A DNA stretch of 64,000 bases. Origin: Methanotrichaceae archaeon. GTDB taxonomy: Archaea; Halobacteriota; Methanosarcinia; Methanotrichales; Methanotrichaceae. The stretch spans positions 64,001 to 128,000 of the forward strand of contig CAWEXU010000030.1 of assembly GCA_963813075.1 (NCBI GenBank), in the 5' to 3' direction. This document shows positions 29,231 through 40,438 of this stretch, in pieces (position 1 is the stretch's first letter; every line of letters begins with the position of its first letter). Both the position numbers and the translations under genes were made by a program. A model generated the notes under the pieces. It was not told the DNA's origin and made no database searches. It worked only from the letters and a program-made list of their open reading frames with translations.

Positions 29231-29946
29231 TGGGAGGCAAAGTGCCACGGCTGCTGCTGCTAAGACACGGCCAGAGCCTCTGGAACCGGGAGAGAAGGTT
29301 CACCGGCTGGACAGACATCGATCTATCCCCCCAGGGAATCGAGGAGGCCAGAGAGGCCGGGCGGCTGATGAAAAGGGCGGGCATAACAGTTGATGTCGCC
29401 TATACCTCCCGATTGATGCGGGCCATCAGGACCCTGTGGATAGTGCTGGATGAGATGGATCGGATGAAAATTCCGGTCTCCAAGAGCTGGAGGCTCAACG
29501 AGCGCTCCTATGGGGATTTTGAGGGACGGAGCCTGGACGAGGTGGAGGAACTGTACGGCCCAGAAGAGGTGCGACGAATGCGCAGGGGATTTTTCCATCG
29601 ACCGCCCTGCCTGCCCGAGAAAGAGGTGGCCAGAGGAGGAGAGAATCGGCGCATTGAGCCAGCAGGGGGCCCAGTTCGGGCATCAGAATCCCTGAAAGAG
29701 GTGCAAGAGCGTCTTCTTCCCCTCTGGCAGAATCAAATAACCGCCGATCTGGAAAAAGGGAGGAGCGTTCTTGTGGTATCCCATGGGAACACCATCCGTG
29801 CCCTGGTCAAACATTTAGAGGAGATCTCCGACCAGGATATCGAGAGGGTGGTAGTCCATACCGCCTCGCCCATCCTCTATGAGCTGGACGGCCAGCTGAT
29901 GCCCATAGAGCGCCTGGATCTTGGAGGCAATAATGATCTGTTATGA
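29227..29946 (+). CDS. gpmA: 2,3-bisphosphoglycerate-dependent phosphoglycerate mutase
   Basis: LRHGQS.WN...RFTGW.D, WRLNER.YG, SESL and SHGNTIRAL motifs. Confidence 0.9.
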   Translation: MMGGKVPRLLLLRHGQSLWNRERRFTGWTDIDLSPQGIEEAREAGRLMKRAGITVDVAYTSRLMRAIRTLWIVLDEMDRMKIPVSKSWRLNERSYGDFEGRSLDEVEELYGPEEVRRMRRGFFHRPPCLPEKEVARGGENRRIEPAGGPVRASESLKEVQERLLPLWQNQITADLEKGRSVLVVSHGNTIRALVKHLEEISDQDIERVVVHTASPILYELDGQLMPIERLDLGGNNDLL

Positions 29947-29963
29947 ATTCAGGAGGTAATAGA

Positions 29964-30908
29964 ATGGCATACGCTGTCAGCCACATATCCATAAAGAAAA
30001 AGGAGGAGCTGGTCGATCAATACGCCGGCCAGGCAACCCACGAGGTGAAATCGGATATATACGGATGCTGCATCAAGCTTTTGACCGGAATCCCCTCGAT
30101 CAAGGATGCCTGGGAGGAGAGCTTCTATTCGGCATCGCAGAGCATTCGTTCCCACGGCCGGCTTTATGTCATCCAGGATCCGGATATGGGAGAGAATCAG
30201 GTGCTGTACGACCCCCAGTCCAGGACGGCATTTCTGATCAACATGGACTATTACGGCTGGGTCAAATCCCTGGCCCTGAGCGTGGCCGGAGATATCCTGG
30301 AGGATTATCACAACATCTATTCGGTGCATGGTGCCTGCCTGGATATGCGGGGCCGGGGGGTATGCATACTGGGCGGATCGGGCGCGGGCAAGACCACCCA
30401 CACCTATGGTCTCTTGCGCAACCCAAGGGTGCGTGTCGTCTCTGACGACTGGTTCTTCGGGCGGATCTATGGAGAGGACATCCTGGCTTATGGCTCAGAG
30501 AAGAACTTCTATATCCGGGCGGACCTGGCTGAGATCTGGAAGGAGTTTGCCGGTCTGGTGGAGAAGGCGACCTTTGACGCCAAGGGGCGAGCGGTGGCAG
30601 ACCTCCGCCAGGTGATCGGAAAGGGGCGCATCCTGCCTTTGACAACCATTGAGAAGGTGATCTTCCTCAAGCGCGACCCTGGACAGGAGGAGGTCGTGCT
30701 ACCCTTGGAAGGGGATCAAGCCCTGGCGATTCTGGAGAAAAATGGCTACTATAACCCCCATCTTCTGGTGCATAACGAATTCAAGGCCGATCTGCGCAGC
30801 CGCTTCTTCCGCAAGCTCTTGAGTCGGACGAGGGTGATCGAGGTGAACACCACCGGCACCCCTGAAGAGACTCAAAAGAGGATTTTTGAGATTGTGGAAA
30901 AAATATAA
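29964..30908 (+). CDS. HPr-kinase/PEPCK-like P-loop protein of unknown function
   Basis: SVHGAC ... GGSGAGKTT ... VSDDW, the HPrK/PEPCK-type P-loop with DD motif. Confidence 0.75.
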   Translation: MAYAVSHISIKKKEELVDQYAGQATHEVKSDIYGCCIKLLTGIPSIKDAWEESFYSASQSIRSHGRLYVIQDPDMGENQVLYDPQSRTAFLINMDYYGWVKSLALSVAGDILEDYHNIYSVHGACLDMRGRGVCILGGSGAGKTTHTYGLLRNPRVRVVSDDWFFGRIYGEDILAYGSEKNFYIRADLAEIWKEFAGLVEKATFDAKGRAVADLRQVIGKGRILPLTTIEKVIFLKRDPGQEEVVLPLEGDQALAILEKNGYYNPHLLVHNEFKADLRSRFFRKLLSRTRVIEVNTTGTPEETQKRIFEIVEKI

Positions 30909-30945
30909 ATAAAATATAAGGGGATCGCCCGCGTCAAAGATCCAT

Positions 30946-31104
30946 TCAGGCATTGGTGATGCAAAGAGGCCGGACGGGAAAGTAGTCGACCTCCAGAGCA
31001 TCATCCGAGGTATGCAGATAGCGGCGATCCATCAGGTAATGCCGCCAGATAGCATTCCTGGCCGCAAGGACCCTGCCGTTGATGCTGTTCAGATCCCTAT
31101 TCAT
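30946..31104 (-). CDS. Putative 52-aa microprotein (not in ORF track)
   Basis: GAGGTGA RBS 6 nt before ATG. Sequence MNRDLNSINGRVLAARNAIWRHYLMDRRYLHTSDDALEVDYFPVRPLCITNA*, GC3-rich. Confidence 0.55.
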   Translation of the reverse strand: MNRDLNSINGRVLAARNAIWRHYLMDRRYLHTSDDALEVDYFPVRPLCITNA

Positions 31105-31646
31105 CGTCACTCACCTCGATTTTTTCGCGATCATTCATCAGCCAGCACAATTGAGCACCTGGCATGATCTGCCCGCTACTGTCAAGGGAGAAGAGATCTT
31201 AGAAGGAAGCTGATAGAGAAGCTGAGAGGGAATCTGGGTCGATTAGACCGGATTCCTGTCAATTGTCCGGCTTGTGCAATGAGACAGGCGGAGAATGCGC
31301 AGTTGCTCGTTTTCACCACCAAGGATGGTCTCGACCAGAAGCTCACCCCATAGGGCCAACAATAATAATTTCCAGGCCCGTAGGTACTCTAATAAGTCAC
31401 TTTTCCTATTTCTAAGTTTCGATCCATTGATATGGATGTCAATGAAGGTTTTTGGGATCGGAGATATGTTACGGGGAAATTTCCGTCAATGCATTGTGTT
31501 AAGCTCAGAAATTAAATCAAGCTTGAATTAAAAATAGGAGACCTTGTGGGATTTTTTTCCCATAAAAATATTAGAATATGAGAAAAGATATCAGTTTGAT
31601 GCTGAATTCAGATTGACAAAATGAATTTTGACTGCCAAGTCGAAGT

Positions 31647-33490
31647 TCATTTTCCAACCCCGGCCTTCTTTTCTCTCCTCTTCGCACTCAATGCACCTCC
31701 ATATCGCGATGGTATCAAGCACTCCTTCTCCTCGCCCACCAGCTCCAGCCTCCCAGCCCTCTTCAGCCCCTCCCGGACCAGATTGTAGTTGCGGGGGTCC
31801 CTGTACTGCAGCATGGCTCTTTGAATCCTCTTCTCCTCCCCTTTGGGAACATGGACCGGCAGGAGGGTGAAGGGGTCCAGGCCGGTGTAATACATGGCAG
31901 TGGAGACGGTCATGGGGGTAGGGGTGAAGTCCTGCACCTGCTCGGTGTACATGTGGTTGCCCTGCAGATACTCCGCCAGCTCGACCATATCGGCGATGCT
32001 GCAGCCGGGATGGCCGGACATGAGATAGGGGAGGAGGTACTGCTCCTTTCCCGCCGTCTGCGAAGCGGCGGAAAAGCGCTCCCGAAAGGCGTCCAATGCC
32101 GCGCGCGGCGGCTTATGCATGCATTCGGTAACCTTTGCGGAGATATGCTCCGGGGCGATTTTGAGGTGGCCGGAGACGTGATGCTGGCAGAGGTCCTCGA
32201 GATAAGCAGATCTGTCAGCCATTATCAGGTCATGCCTGATGCCCGAGGCGACAAAAACCTTCTTGACGCCGGGAATGGCCCGAACCTGGCGCAATAGCTC
32301 TACCTGGAGGGAGTGGTCCTTGTCCAGGGTGGGGCATTCGGCAGAGCAGAGCCGGTCCGGACAGGCCCCCTGCTTCCAGCGGGGGCAGGAGAGTGCCGTA
32401 CATGTTGGCAGTGGGACCGCCCACATCCTGAATGATCCCTTTGAATCCGGGCATCCGGACCATTCTTTTCGCTTCGCGCACAATGGAGCTTATGCTTCTG
32501 CTCTGCACAATCCTCCCCTGGTGGTGGGTGAGGGCGCAAAAGGAGCAGGACCCAAAGCAGCCTCTGTGGCTGGTGATGGAGAACCTGACCGGCTCAAGTG
32601 CAGGTATTGCTTCCTGATAGGAGGGATGGGCCTTTCGGCTATAGGGAAGCTCGTAGATATGGTCCAGCTCAGCGGTGCTCAGGGGGAGGGCAGGCGGATT
32701 CTGGATGATCACCGTCTTGGGATGGGGCTGGACCACCGCCCGGCCTCGATGGGGGTCCTGCTCATTGTAGTGCGCTGCAAAGGCCTCGGGCATACTTCCT
32801 TTTGTCCTCCTTGACCTCGGCAAAGCCGGGGATGAGAACCGCATCCTCCCTCGGCTCTCCCGCCAGCGGCGCACCTCCTCTTTTACCACGGTTCCGGGGA
32901 CATCCCTGATCTGGGCGATCTCTTCCCCGGCATTCAGGCGCCGGGCCACCTCCAGGATGGGCCTCTCCCCCATGCCATAGACCAGGAGGTCGGCAGGGGC
33001 ATCGGCCAGGATGGACTGGCGCACGGAGTCCGACCAGTAGTCGTAATGGGCAAACCGGCGCAGGCTGGCCTCGATCCCTCCCAGAACGATTGGGACTTTT
33101 GGCGAGAGGGAGTGGACCCGGTCGGCATAGACTATCGTCGCCCGGTCCGGCCGGAGCAGGCGGCCGCCGGGGGAGTAGACATCCCGGCTTCGGCGCTTGA
33201 GGTTGGGGGTGAGGTTGTTGACCATGGAGTCCACGTTGCCCGAGGTTATGCCGAAGAACAGGCGTGGGCCGGCCCAGCCGGAGGAGGTCCTCCTCTTTTT
33301 TCCAGTCCGGCTGGGCGACAATTCCCACGGTGTAGCCCGCATCCCAGAGGACCCGGCCCAGGAGGCCCGCACCGAAGGAGGGATGATCCACATAGGCATC
33401 TCCGCTGACGAGGATGATGTCGAACTGCTCGATGCCGAGGTTTTTGGCCTCCGGCATAGATATGGGCAGGAAAGAGGGTTGCTTGGTCAT
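31647..33490 (-). CDS. YgiQ (UPF0313) family radical SAM protein; about four frameshifts
   Basis: GDAYVDHPSFG, GNVDSMV, GGIEASLRR, HRGCFGSCSFC, DVGGPTANMY, LKIAPEH and QVQDFTPTP are spread over three frames (shifts ~33268, ~32850, ~32790, ~32395). Confidence 0.9.
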
Positions 33491-33992
33491 GGCTGCTTAA
33501 TGAAGGGGCTTGGGGCAACATATACCCTTCGAAGGCTGTTGGGCAATTGTTTTTGTAGAGTCCCGAAATTATTTTCATACTTATCCCGAAATCACAAAGA
33601 AGCAAGATATAATCATCGACGAGATCAGGGGCTTGCACCAGGAGATGACCTTCGATGCCGGCTGGAGGGCGAGGATAGAGAGCGATATCCAGGCGATAAA
33701 AGCCAGGATCGGCATCAGATAGACCAGACCTTAAGACCAATTCAGTCAACAAATCTATGATCTGCAACCATTCGGGCTTTAAGCAAATAGTAAATGCATC
33801 CAAAGGCAAGTTTTAAGTTGCAACTGTCCTTCTGCAGGAGCATTTTGCTGAAACTATTACTGGTCATGCTGCTTTGATCCAGGTTGAGCTCAGAGAGAGC
33901 GAGAAATTATCACATAGATAAGTTTTAAGATAAGAAGAATCATAGTAGTATTTAAATCCAATAGAGACAAAAGAAGCTACAAGGGGAAGGCA

Positions 33993-35140
33993 ATGAGGGA
34001 GATTCGAGTACATCCAGCCATGCTGGCAGTCGCCATCATCATTCTGGCATCCATAGCCGGGGGCACAACTTACCATATCGGACCGGGAGAGAGTCTTCAG
34101 GGGGCCATAAACCGGGCGGATTCCGGAGACACGATAATCGTCCAGGGAGGGGTCTACCGGGAGAGCCTGAACCTCACTAGATCGATCACATTGGAGGGAA
34201 AAGGCCGTCCCCTGTTGGACGGAAGCGCTATCGGCAACGCATTGACCATCAAAGCAGATGGGACAAAGGTATCCGGCTTTGAGATCAGAACCACTCGCCG
34301 CACAGGCATTCATGTTCTATCTGGAGGGAATATAATCGAGAACAATAGCATCAGCGGCTGTCTGGACGGCATCCGACTGGAAGGAGCCCATTCCAACACC
34401 ATTGCCAGTAACAATATTAACAACAATACCAATGGCATAACCCTCTACAGCTCAAATGAAAATCTGATCCAAAATTGCGATATCCGGGACAACAACATAA
34501 ATGAGGAGAGCGACTGCGGCATATTTCTCATCTACTCCTCAGGGAATGCGATCGAAGGCAATCAGCTGAGAAATAACGGCGACACCTCCATATCGCTTCG
34601 CTCGGCCAGTAGCAACTCGATCATAAACAATACCGTCAACGATAACGACTGGTATGGCATCTCTCTGTACCGAGTCCAGCAATACAAACCGATATAGCAT
34701 ACAATAATGCCAGCCAAAATAACGACGCCGGCATATACCTGGACGGCTCCCGCAACAACCGTCTCCTGGGAAACCGGGCCATGGACAACTCCAAGGGAAT
34801 CTATCTCTCCTATGACAGCAATGACAACATCCTGGAAGAAAATTACCTCTGCCAGAATGAGAAAGGCATCTTTCTGGCCAATCACGCCAGCAATAACACC
34901 ATTGTCGGCAACACCGCCCAGGAGAATGGATACGGCATCTACCTGACCTTCTCCTCCCGCTGGGACCTGGTCTATGGCAATCATCTCATCGATAACCTCT
35001 GCAATGCCTATGACCGGGGGGAGAACAACCGCTGGGACAATGGCAGCCAGGGGAACTATTACAGCGATCTGGGAAGGATATTCTACGTTCCCGGGGGCCC
35101 GGGGATTGACAATCACCCCCAGGCCGAGCCCTCCGGCTGA
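33993..35140 (+). CDS. Secreted NosD/CASH parallel beta-helix protein; frameshift at ~34670-34690
   Basis: Signal peptide, SLQGAIN.A..GDTI.V..G.Y.E and GI.L..S..N.I..N repeats that continue in the 34781 frame to N.WD.G..GNYYSD. Confidence 0.85.
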
Positions 35141-35341
35141 ACCTCGCTCGCCCAATCTTCTGCACAGACGTCTGCCTAATCGTATGCACAGATGTCTGCG
35201 GAAATCCTATGCACAGCCATCTAGTGAAAACTATGCCGGGCAGTATGCCGAATCAGTAGAATGGTCAAGAAGCTAAAAGTTTAAAGATATAGGTGGAAAA
35301 GTATTTATCACATCATCAAGTAATATATAATGGGATTTGCG

Positions 35342-36352
35342 ATGTCACTGCAAAGATATGGAGTATTAAAAGGAAAGGCCATAGAGACCAAAAAGGGAAC
35401 TGGGAATACCCCTCATTTCCAGATTCTGGTCAGCGATGACCGACTGCTATTTCGTATCGCAGTTAATGTTGAGTCTCAGGAGCCGCCTTCAGATGTTTTA
35501 TATTTTGTGGACGAGAACTTTCATCATCCGGTTATAGATCTCCTCGCACCATTGCCCATGGGCTACCATCCAGTGGAGAAGGAGGCAGGAGGCATGGCCT
35601 TGGATTTCATCCGCGGGAACCTCTTTGATGCCTCACGGATGGTGGCATTGCCCCATAACATCCCGGGAGAGGATAACGACCTCAATGAATTGGTGCAAAA
35701 ATACGTAGCCAAAGCGATTGCCATGGAATCGAGCGAGATCTATGCCTTTGGCGAGCGCTGGGGCCCGGAAGATGTGCGAGACAAGTTCTTCGGCTTCATT
35801 CCTGGCAATGGCATCCACGACATCCACATGAACCAGGGAAGCTCGGACCGGTTCATGAAATACGATGGCGTATGGCAGGACGGCTGCCTGATCATCCACC
35901 TGCCGGACGAGAACAAGTGGATCGGCATATTCCTCGCCTTCCAGTCCCAGTGCTTCCACACCGATGATATCACCGGCCATCGCATTCCCCATGTCTGCGA
36001 CAAGGTCGTCCCGCCTGAACCCGGTGCGGCCAGGAGTGTATGCATCATCGCCGCCCTGGTGAACCCAAAGGGTGCAGACAAGGGATTGGAGGCGCTCACC
36101 CTCCTGAACACCACCCCAGCAGAGATCGATCTTGCCGGCTGGTCACTTTTGGACAAGAACAAAAAGAAGATGATCCTGGAGGGAAAGGTCAGGGCAGGAG
36201 AAGCGCTATTTGTGCCCCTCTCTGGAAAGGACATTGAGCTATCCAATAAAGGGGGAATCATCACCCTTCTCGATAAGAGCGGCCTGAAGGTGGACGGAGT
36301 CAGCTATACCAAAGAGCAGGCATCAAAGGAGGGATGGACGATAGTCTTCTGA
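35342..36352 (+). CDS. DUF2278 (YukJ family) protein with C-terminal lamin-tail-like domain
   Basis: YGVLKG, PHFQI, RIAVNV.S, LDFIRGNLF, GIHDIHMNQG, WQDG and FQSQ motifs; IIAALVNP.G.D and LSNKGG.I.L in the C-terminal domain. Confidence 0.88.
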   Translation: MSLQRYGVLKGKAIETKKGTGNTPHFQILVSDDRLLFRIAVNVESQEPPSDVLYFVDENFHHPVIDLLAPLPMGYHPVEKEAGGMALDFIRGNLFDASRMVALPHNIPGEDNDLNELVQKYVAKAIAMESSEIYAFGERWGPEDVRDKFFGFIPGNGIHDIHMNQGSSDRFMKYDGVWQDGCLIIHLPDENKWIGIFLAFQSQCFHTDDITGHRIPHVCDKVVPPEPGAARSVCIIAALVNPKGADKGLEALTLLNTTPAEIDLAGWSLLDKNKKKMILEGKVRAGEALFVPLSGKDIELSNKGGIITLLDKSGLKVDGVSYTKEQASKEGWTIVF

Positions 36353-36425
36353 TCCATCCCCTCTTTTCCTCCTCTCTTTTCTTTTTAAGATCCAATCTCT
36401 GACCCCCTGGCTGAGGCCAGGGCTC

Positions 36426-38291
36426 TCAGATGAACCTGGGCCTCTCCGAGAGCCTCATTGAAAGAGGCAATCTGCGCCAGGGCTTTCCTTTCGTCTCTCC
36501 TGCGAGCCTCTCTTTGAGCTCATCAGTGGTCATACTCCTCTTTGCCGGGGACTTGGGGGTGGATTCGCTGCGAATGGTGACGGTCAGCTGGCCGGACTCT
36601 AGCTCCTCGTCCCCGATCACTGCCACATAAGGCACCCACTCCCGTCCAGCGTCGCGGATCTTCTTGCCCACGGTCTCGTCCCTGTCATCAATATCCGTGC
36701 GGAAGCCCAGGTCGCTGGCGACAGTCAGTGCCTTCTCCTGGTGGCGCTCAGCCACCGGTATGATCCTCACCTGGGTGGGCGAGAGCCAGGTCTCGAGCAT
36801 GGGCAGCTTGCCCTGCTCAGTCAGTCGGGCCGACTTCTCCAGGATAGCATACATCACCCTTTCTATAGCTCCGGAGGGGGAGCAATGTAAGAGTATGGGC
36901 CGCCTTCTCGCGCCGGACTCATCGATATAGTTGATATCGTAGCGCTCGGCATTCTCCACATCGATCTGGACGGTGGAGAGGGCGCTGGCCTTGTCCATGG
37001 TGTCCACGAAGTTGAACTCGAACTTGAGGACGAAATAGAAGAACCTCTCATCCCACATCTCGATCAAGACCGGCTTTTTGATGATGTCCACCAATCCCGC
37101 TATGAACTCCTGGTTCTCCTTATAGAAGTCTTGGGTGAACCTGATGGCCACCTCGTAGTCGTCAACCTCCAGGCCTACTTCTTTGAGGACATCGATGCTG
37201 GCGAGATACTGCTTCCTGAACTCCTCGATGGCCGAATACATATCCCGGGTCATGGTGTGCATATCGGGCATGGTGAAGGCCCGCAGGCGGCGGATGCCCA
37301 CCAGCTCCCCACGCTGCTCGCGCCGGAAGCTGTATCTGGTCATCTCTATCATCTTCAGGGGCAGGGACTTGTAGGATATGGACATGTCATGGCCCATCAA
37401 GAACTGGCCGAAGCAGGCAGCGAAACGTAAGAAGAGCTTTCTCTTGTCCGAGTCGATCTGATACTGCCGGGCGGGGAAGCGGTCCAGATACTTTTTCAAT
37501 GTGGGGTGCTCCATATCGTACATGATGGGGGTCTCCACCTCCATCGCCCCCATGTCCGCCGCCTTCTCCAGTACCAGGCTCTCCAGGAGGGACTTGACCA
37601 GCCTGCCCTTGGGGTAGTAGCGCATGTTGCCCGAGTCTGAGCCCGGCTCGTAGTCCACCAGCTCCAGCCGTCTCATCAGCTCCACGTGGGGCGGGACCTT
37701 ATCCACTGCTCTGGCCTTGGAGATCTCGTAGTTGGCGAACTTCTGCAGGTTGGTGTGGCCCTGGAAATCGAACTTGTCTGCGTCCACCAGCTTTCCATCC
37801 AGATCCAGGACCCGCCAGTAGGATACCGCTTTGGCCTCGGACTTCAGGGCCTCGGATACCACCTCGCCCTCGCCCAGCCTTATGGATCGGGAGAGCTCGG
37901 AGAGGGGATGGCCCTTGCAGCTTATGGTGAATGCCTTGTACCAGCCGAAGGGAGCACGCATGACCTCATAGTCTCCGGATAGTACATCGGCCATTCCCTT
38001 GAGGATCTTGACTGCCGTGGCCGGGGTGGAGAGGCTGGAACTCAGGTGGGCATAGGGATAGATCATAATGCGGCTGGCCTTGACCTGGCCGGCCACATCT
38101 GCCACCTGCTTTGCCCCCTCGGCGATCACCGCATCGGTGTCGTCCTCATCGAACTTCTCCACGGCGATGAAAGCGCACAGCGCCTCATCGAGGCGGCCCT
38201 TTTTGGCCGATTCTTCAATCTCTTCTGCCAGCTTCGTCGGCCTCTTGGCCTCGAACTCAATGAAATCAGAGTGGATTAATAGCAATTGCAA
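36426..38291 (-). CDS. thrS: Threonyl-tRNA synthetase, archaeal type
   Basis: [56 protein letters not shown] and LHCSPSG motifs. Confidence 0.97.
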   Translation of the reverse strand: MQLLLIHSDFIEFEAKRPTKLAEEIEESAKKGRLDEALCAFIAVEKFDEDDTDAVIAEGAKQVADVAGQVKASRIMIYPYAHLSSSLSTPATAVKILKGMADVLSGDYEVMRAPFGWYKAFTISCKGHPLSELSRSIRLGEGEVVSEALKSEAKAVSYWRVLDLDGKLVDADKFDFQGHTNLQKFANYEISKARAVDKVPPHVELMRRLELVDYEPGSDSGNMRYYPKGRLVKSLLESLVLEKAADMGAMEVETPIMYDMEHPTLKKYLDRFPARQYQIDSDKRKLFLRFAACFGQFLMGHDMSISYKSLPLKMIEMTRYSFRREQRGELVGIRRLRAFTMPDMHTMTRDMYSAIEEFRKQYLASIDVLKEVGLEVDDYEVAIRFTQDFYKENQEFIAGLVDIIKKPVLIEMWDERFFYFVLKFEFNFVDTMDKASALSTVQIDVENAERYDINYIDESGARRRPILLHCSPSGAIERVMYAILEKSARLTEQGKLPMLETWLSPTQVRIIPVAERHQEKALTVASDLGFRTDIDDRDETVGKKIRDAGREWVPYVAVIGDEELESGQLTVTIRSESTPKSPAKRSMTTDELKERLAGETKGKPWRRLPLSMRLSERPRFI

Positions 38292-38384
38292 TATCGGTCA
38301 CCTGAACTCTATAGGGATAAGTGTGGGTGTAATTCAATGTTTCTATAATAGGTAATTGAGGCCAGAGGATCCCCCTGAATTCAC

Positions 38385-38972
38385 TCATAAAATGTTCATC
38401 GAGCCCCAGTTGCTCCAGAGGAGAAAGGCTCCTGCGGCCAGGGTGATCCCCAGAGTCAGGCGATCGGAAGCGGTCCTCGCTCACCCTGCCGAAGGCCAGG
38501 CTTCCGGCAAAAAATCCCAGGAGCATTGCCGGCAGGAGCCTTATGCTATCGATGAGCATCTCTGCGTCAATGAGCCCCACTAGGATGTAGTAGCCGAAGG
38601 TCAGGAAGTCTATGGCCGTGAGGAATATGACGATCAGCCTGCAGAATTCCTTCTTCTCAGGGCAAATCCCATGAAGATCTTAAGCAGTCGATCGCTGGAC
38701 AGTATCAGGACCTCTGTGCCCAGAGGGACTCCCACCAGCGCCGCTGCCAGGAGGGGCCAGGAACGGAATACATCCCCTTTCAGATGCGAGCCCTCTTTGG
38801 CCAGGATCATGATATCGATCAGGCACTCGTAGATCATAATGAAGGGGATGGCGTACTTTGCCCCAAAGAGAATGGAAAGGAGGGGTATGGAGATCAGGGC
38901 GGAGCCAAAGCCGGTCAGGGTCCTGATGAGCATGGCGGCGAGGATTATGAGGAATGCGAACAGGTCGATCAT
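38385..38972 (-). pseudogene. TauE/SafE sulfite-exporter family gene with internal deletion and frameshifts
   Basis: The N-terminus (TLTGFGSALISIPLL...GVPLG..) jumps out of frame directly to the C-terminal EF(R)RL.. segment. The central G...G..GPP motif region is missing. Confidence 0.75.
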
Positions 38973-39048
38973 GGCAATGGGAAATGAAGTGTGATTTCAT
39001 TTGCCATATTACACATAAATATTACCGACCGCGGACCCATGACGACGG

Positions 39049-39204
39049 CAGGCTTCCGGCAAAAAATCCCAGGAGCATTGCCGGCGGGAGCCTTATGCTA
39101 TCAATGAGCATCTCTGCATCAATGAGCCCCACCAGGAGGTAGTAGCCGAAGGTCAGGAAGTCTATGGCCGTGAGGAAGAGGACGATCAGCCTGCGGAACT
39201 CTTC
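39049..39204 (-). repeat. ~156-bp near-identical second copy of TauE 3' segment (other copy 38497-38653)
   Basis: Direct repeat with scattered substitutions, encoding EEFRRLIVLFLTAIDFLTFGYYLLVGLIDAEMLIDSIRLPPAMLLGFFAGSL. Confidence 0.9.
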
Positions 39205-39497
39205 CAGAGTTAAAAGAATTGAAAGGAAGTAAAAGAGGCAATGTCGCGCAGGCTCAATGGAAAAATGGCCGGAGAGAGAATTGCATTTCCCGCCAAGCGG
39301 TCCCGGCACTGCAATTATGTTTATGCCCCATAGAGGATCGAAAACACCCTCCCCGGCAATGAGCAGATAGTTTAAAAGATGAGGAGAGTTAGATATACAA
39401 TTGCCAGTATATCTGGCAGAAGATTACCTCTTAACTTCCTTTCGTATGATACAGCAGTGCATCATTGAAAGGGAAAGCGAAGGGTGGAGTAAATTAC

Positions 39498-40202
39498 ATG
39501 ATACCTATTTCAAAGCGTTTGGCAGCCGAGTTCCTGGGGACCTTCTGGCTGGTTTTAGGAGGCTGCGGCAGCGCAGTTCTGGCCGCCGCCTTTCCGGATG
39601 TGGGAATAGGCCTTCTGGGTGTGGCCCTGGCCTTCGGCCTTACTGTTCTCACCATGGCCTATGCCATCGGTCACATCTCTGGCTGCCACCTGAACCCGGC
39701 CGTATCCATCGGCCTATTGGCTGGCGGGCGTTTTCCCGCCAAAGACCTGTTGCCATACATAATCGCCCAGGTCATCGGTGGAATTGCCGCAGGAGGAGTC
39801 CTCTTTGTGATCGCCAGCGGCAAAGCGGGATTCGATGTCGCCGCAGGGTTTGCCGCCAATGGCTATGGCCTGCACTCGCCCGGTGGCTACAGCATGATGG
39901 CCGCCCTGGTTTGTGAGGTGGTCATGACCCTGATGTTCCTGCTCATCATCCTGGGCTCGACAGACAGGCGGGCCCCGCAGGGATTCGCCCCCATTGCCAT
40001 TGGTCTCGGCCTGACCCTGATCCATCTGATAAGCATTCCCGTCACCAATACCTCAGTCAATCCCGCCAGGTCAACGGGCGTCGCCGTCTTCGTGGGCGAC
40101 TGGGCGACATCCCAGCTGTGGCTCTTCTGGGTGGCTCCGATTGCAGGAGCGATCATCGCCGGATTGATCTACAGATCGCTCTTCGCTGAGGAGGGCACAT
40201 AG
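39498..40202 (+). CDS. aqpZ: Aquaporin Z
   Basis: [28 protein letters not shown] and [11 protein letters not shown] (two NPA motifs); QLWLFWVAP. Confidence 0.95.
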   Translation: MIPISKRLAAEFLGTFWLVLGGCGSAVLAAAFPDVGIGLLGVALAFGLTVLTMAYAIGHISGCHLNPAVSIGLLAGGRFPAKDLLPYIIAQVIGGIAAGGVLFVIASGKAGFDVAAGFAANGYGLHSPGGYSMMAALVCEVVMTLMFLLIILGSTDRRAPQGFAPIAIGLGLTLIHLISIPVTNTSVNPARSTGVAVFVGDWATSQLWLFWVAPIAGAIIAGLIYRSLFAEEGT

Positions 40203-40438
40203 AGCATCAATAATGTTTGCCACACGCACTGAAAATTAGTGCCTTTCATTTTTTTATTCGTTCGAATATCACTTTTATAGATGAAAAAATGTAAATTGCC
40301 TTTTTTTAATTCCTCTAAATCTGTTTTAAGATACCACAGGAGGTGAGAACAGATCATCACATTCCTAAAATACTGGGTTCATTTGTCATAAGGTTTTTAA
40401 ATTTCCCCAGATATATTTGAATAGTGAAAGGTGGTAGC

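Noticed and set aside
33510..33722. 70-aa ORF divergent from the YgiQ gene
   Set aside because: Only the C-terminal half looks protein-like (coiled-coil tail, possibly a gene remnant), and there is no credible start.
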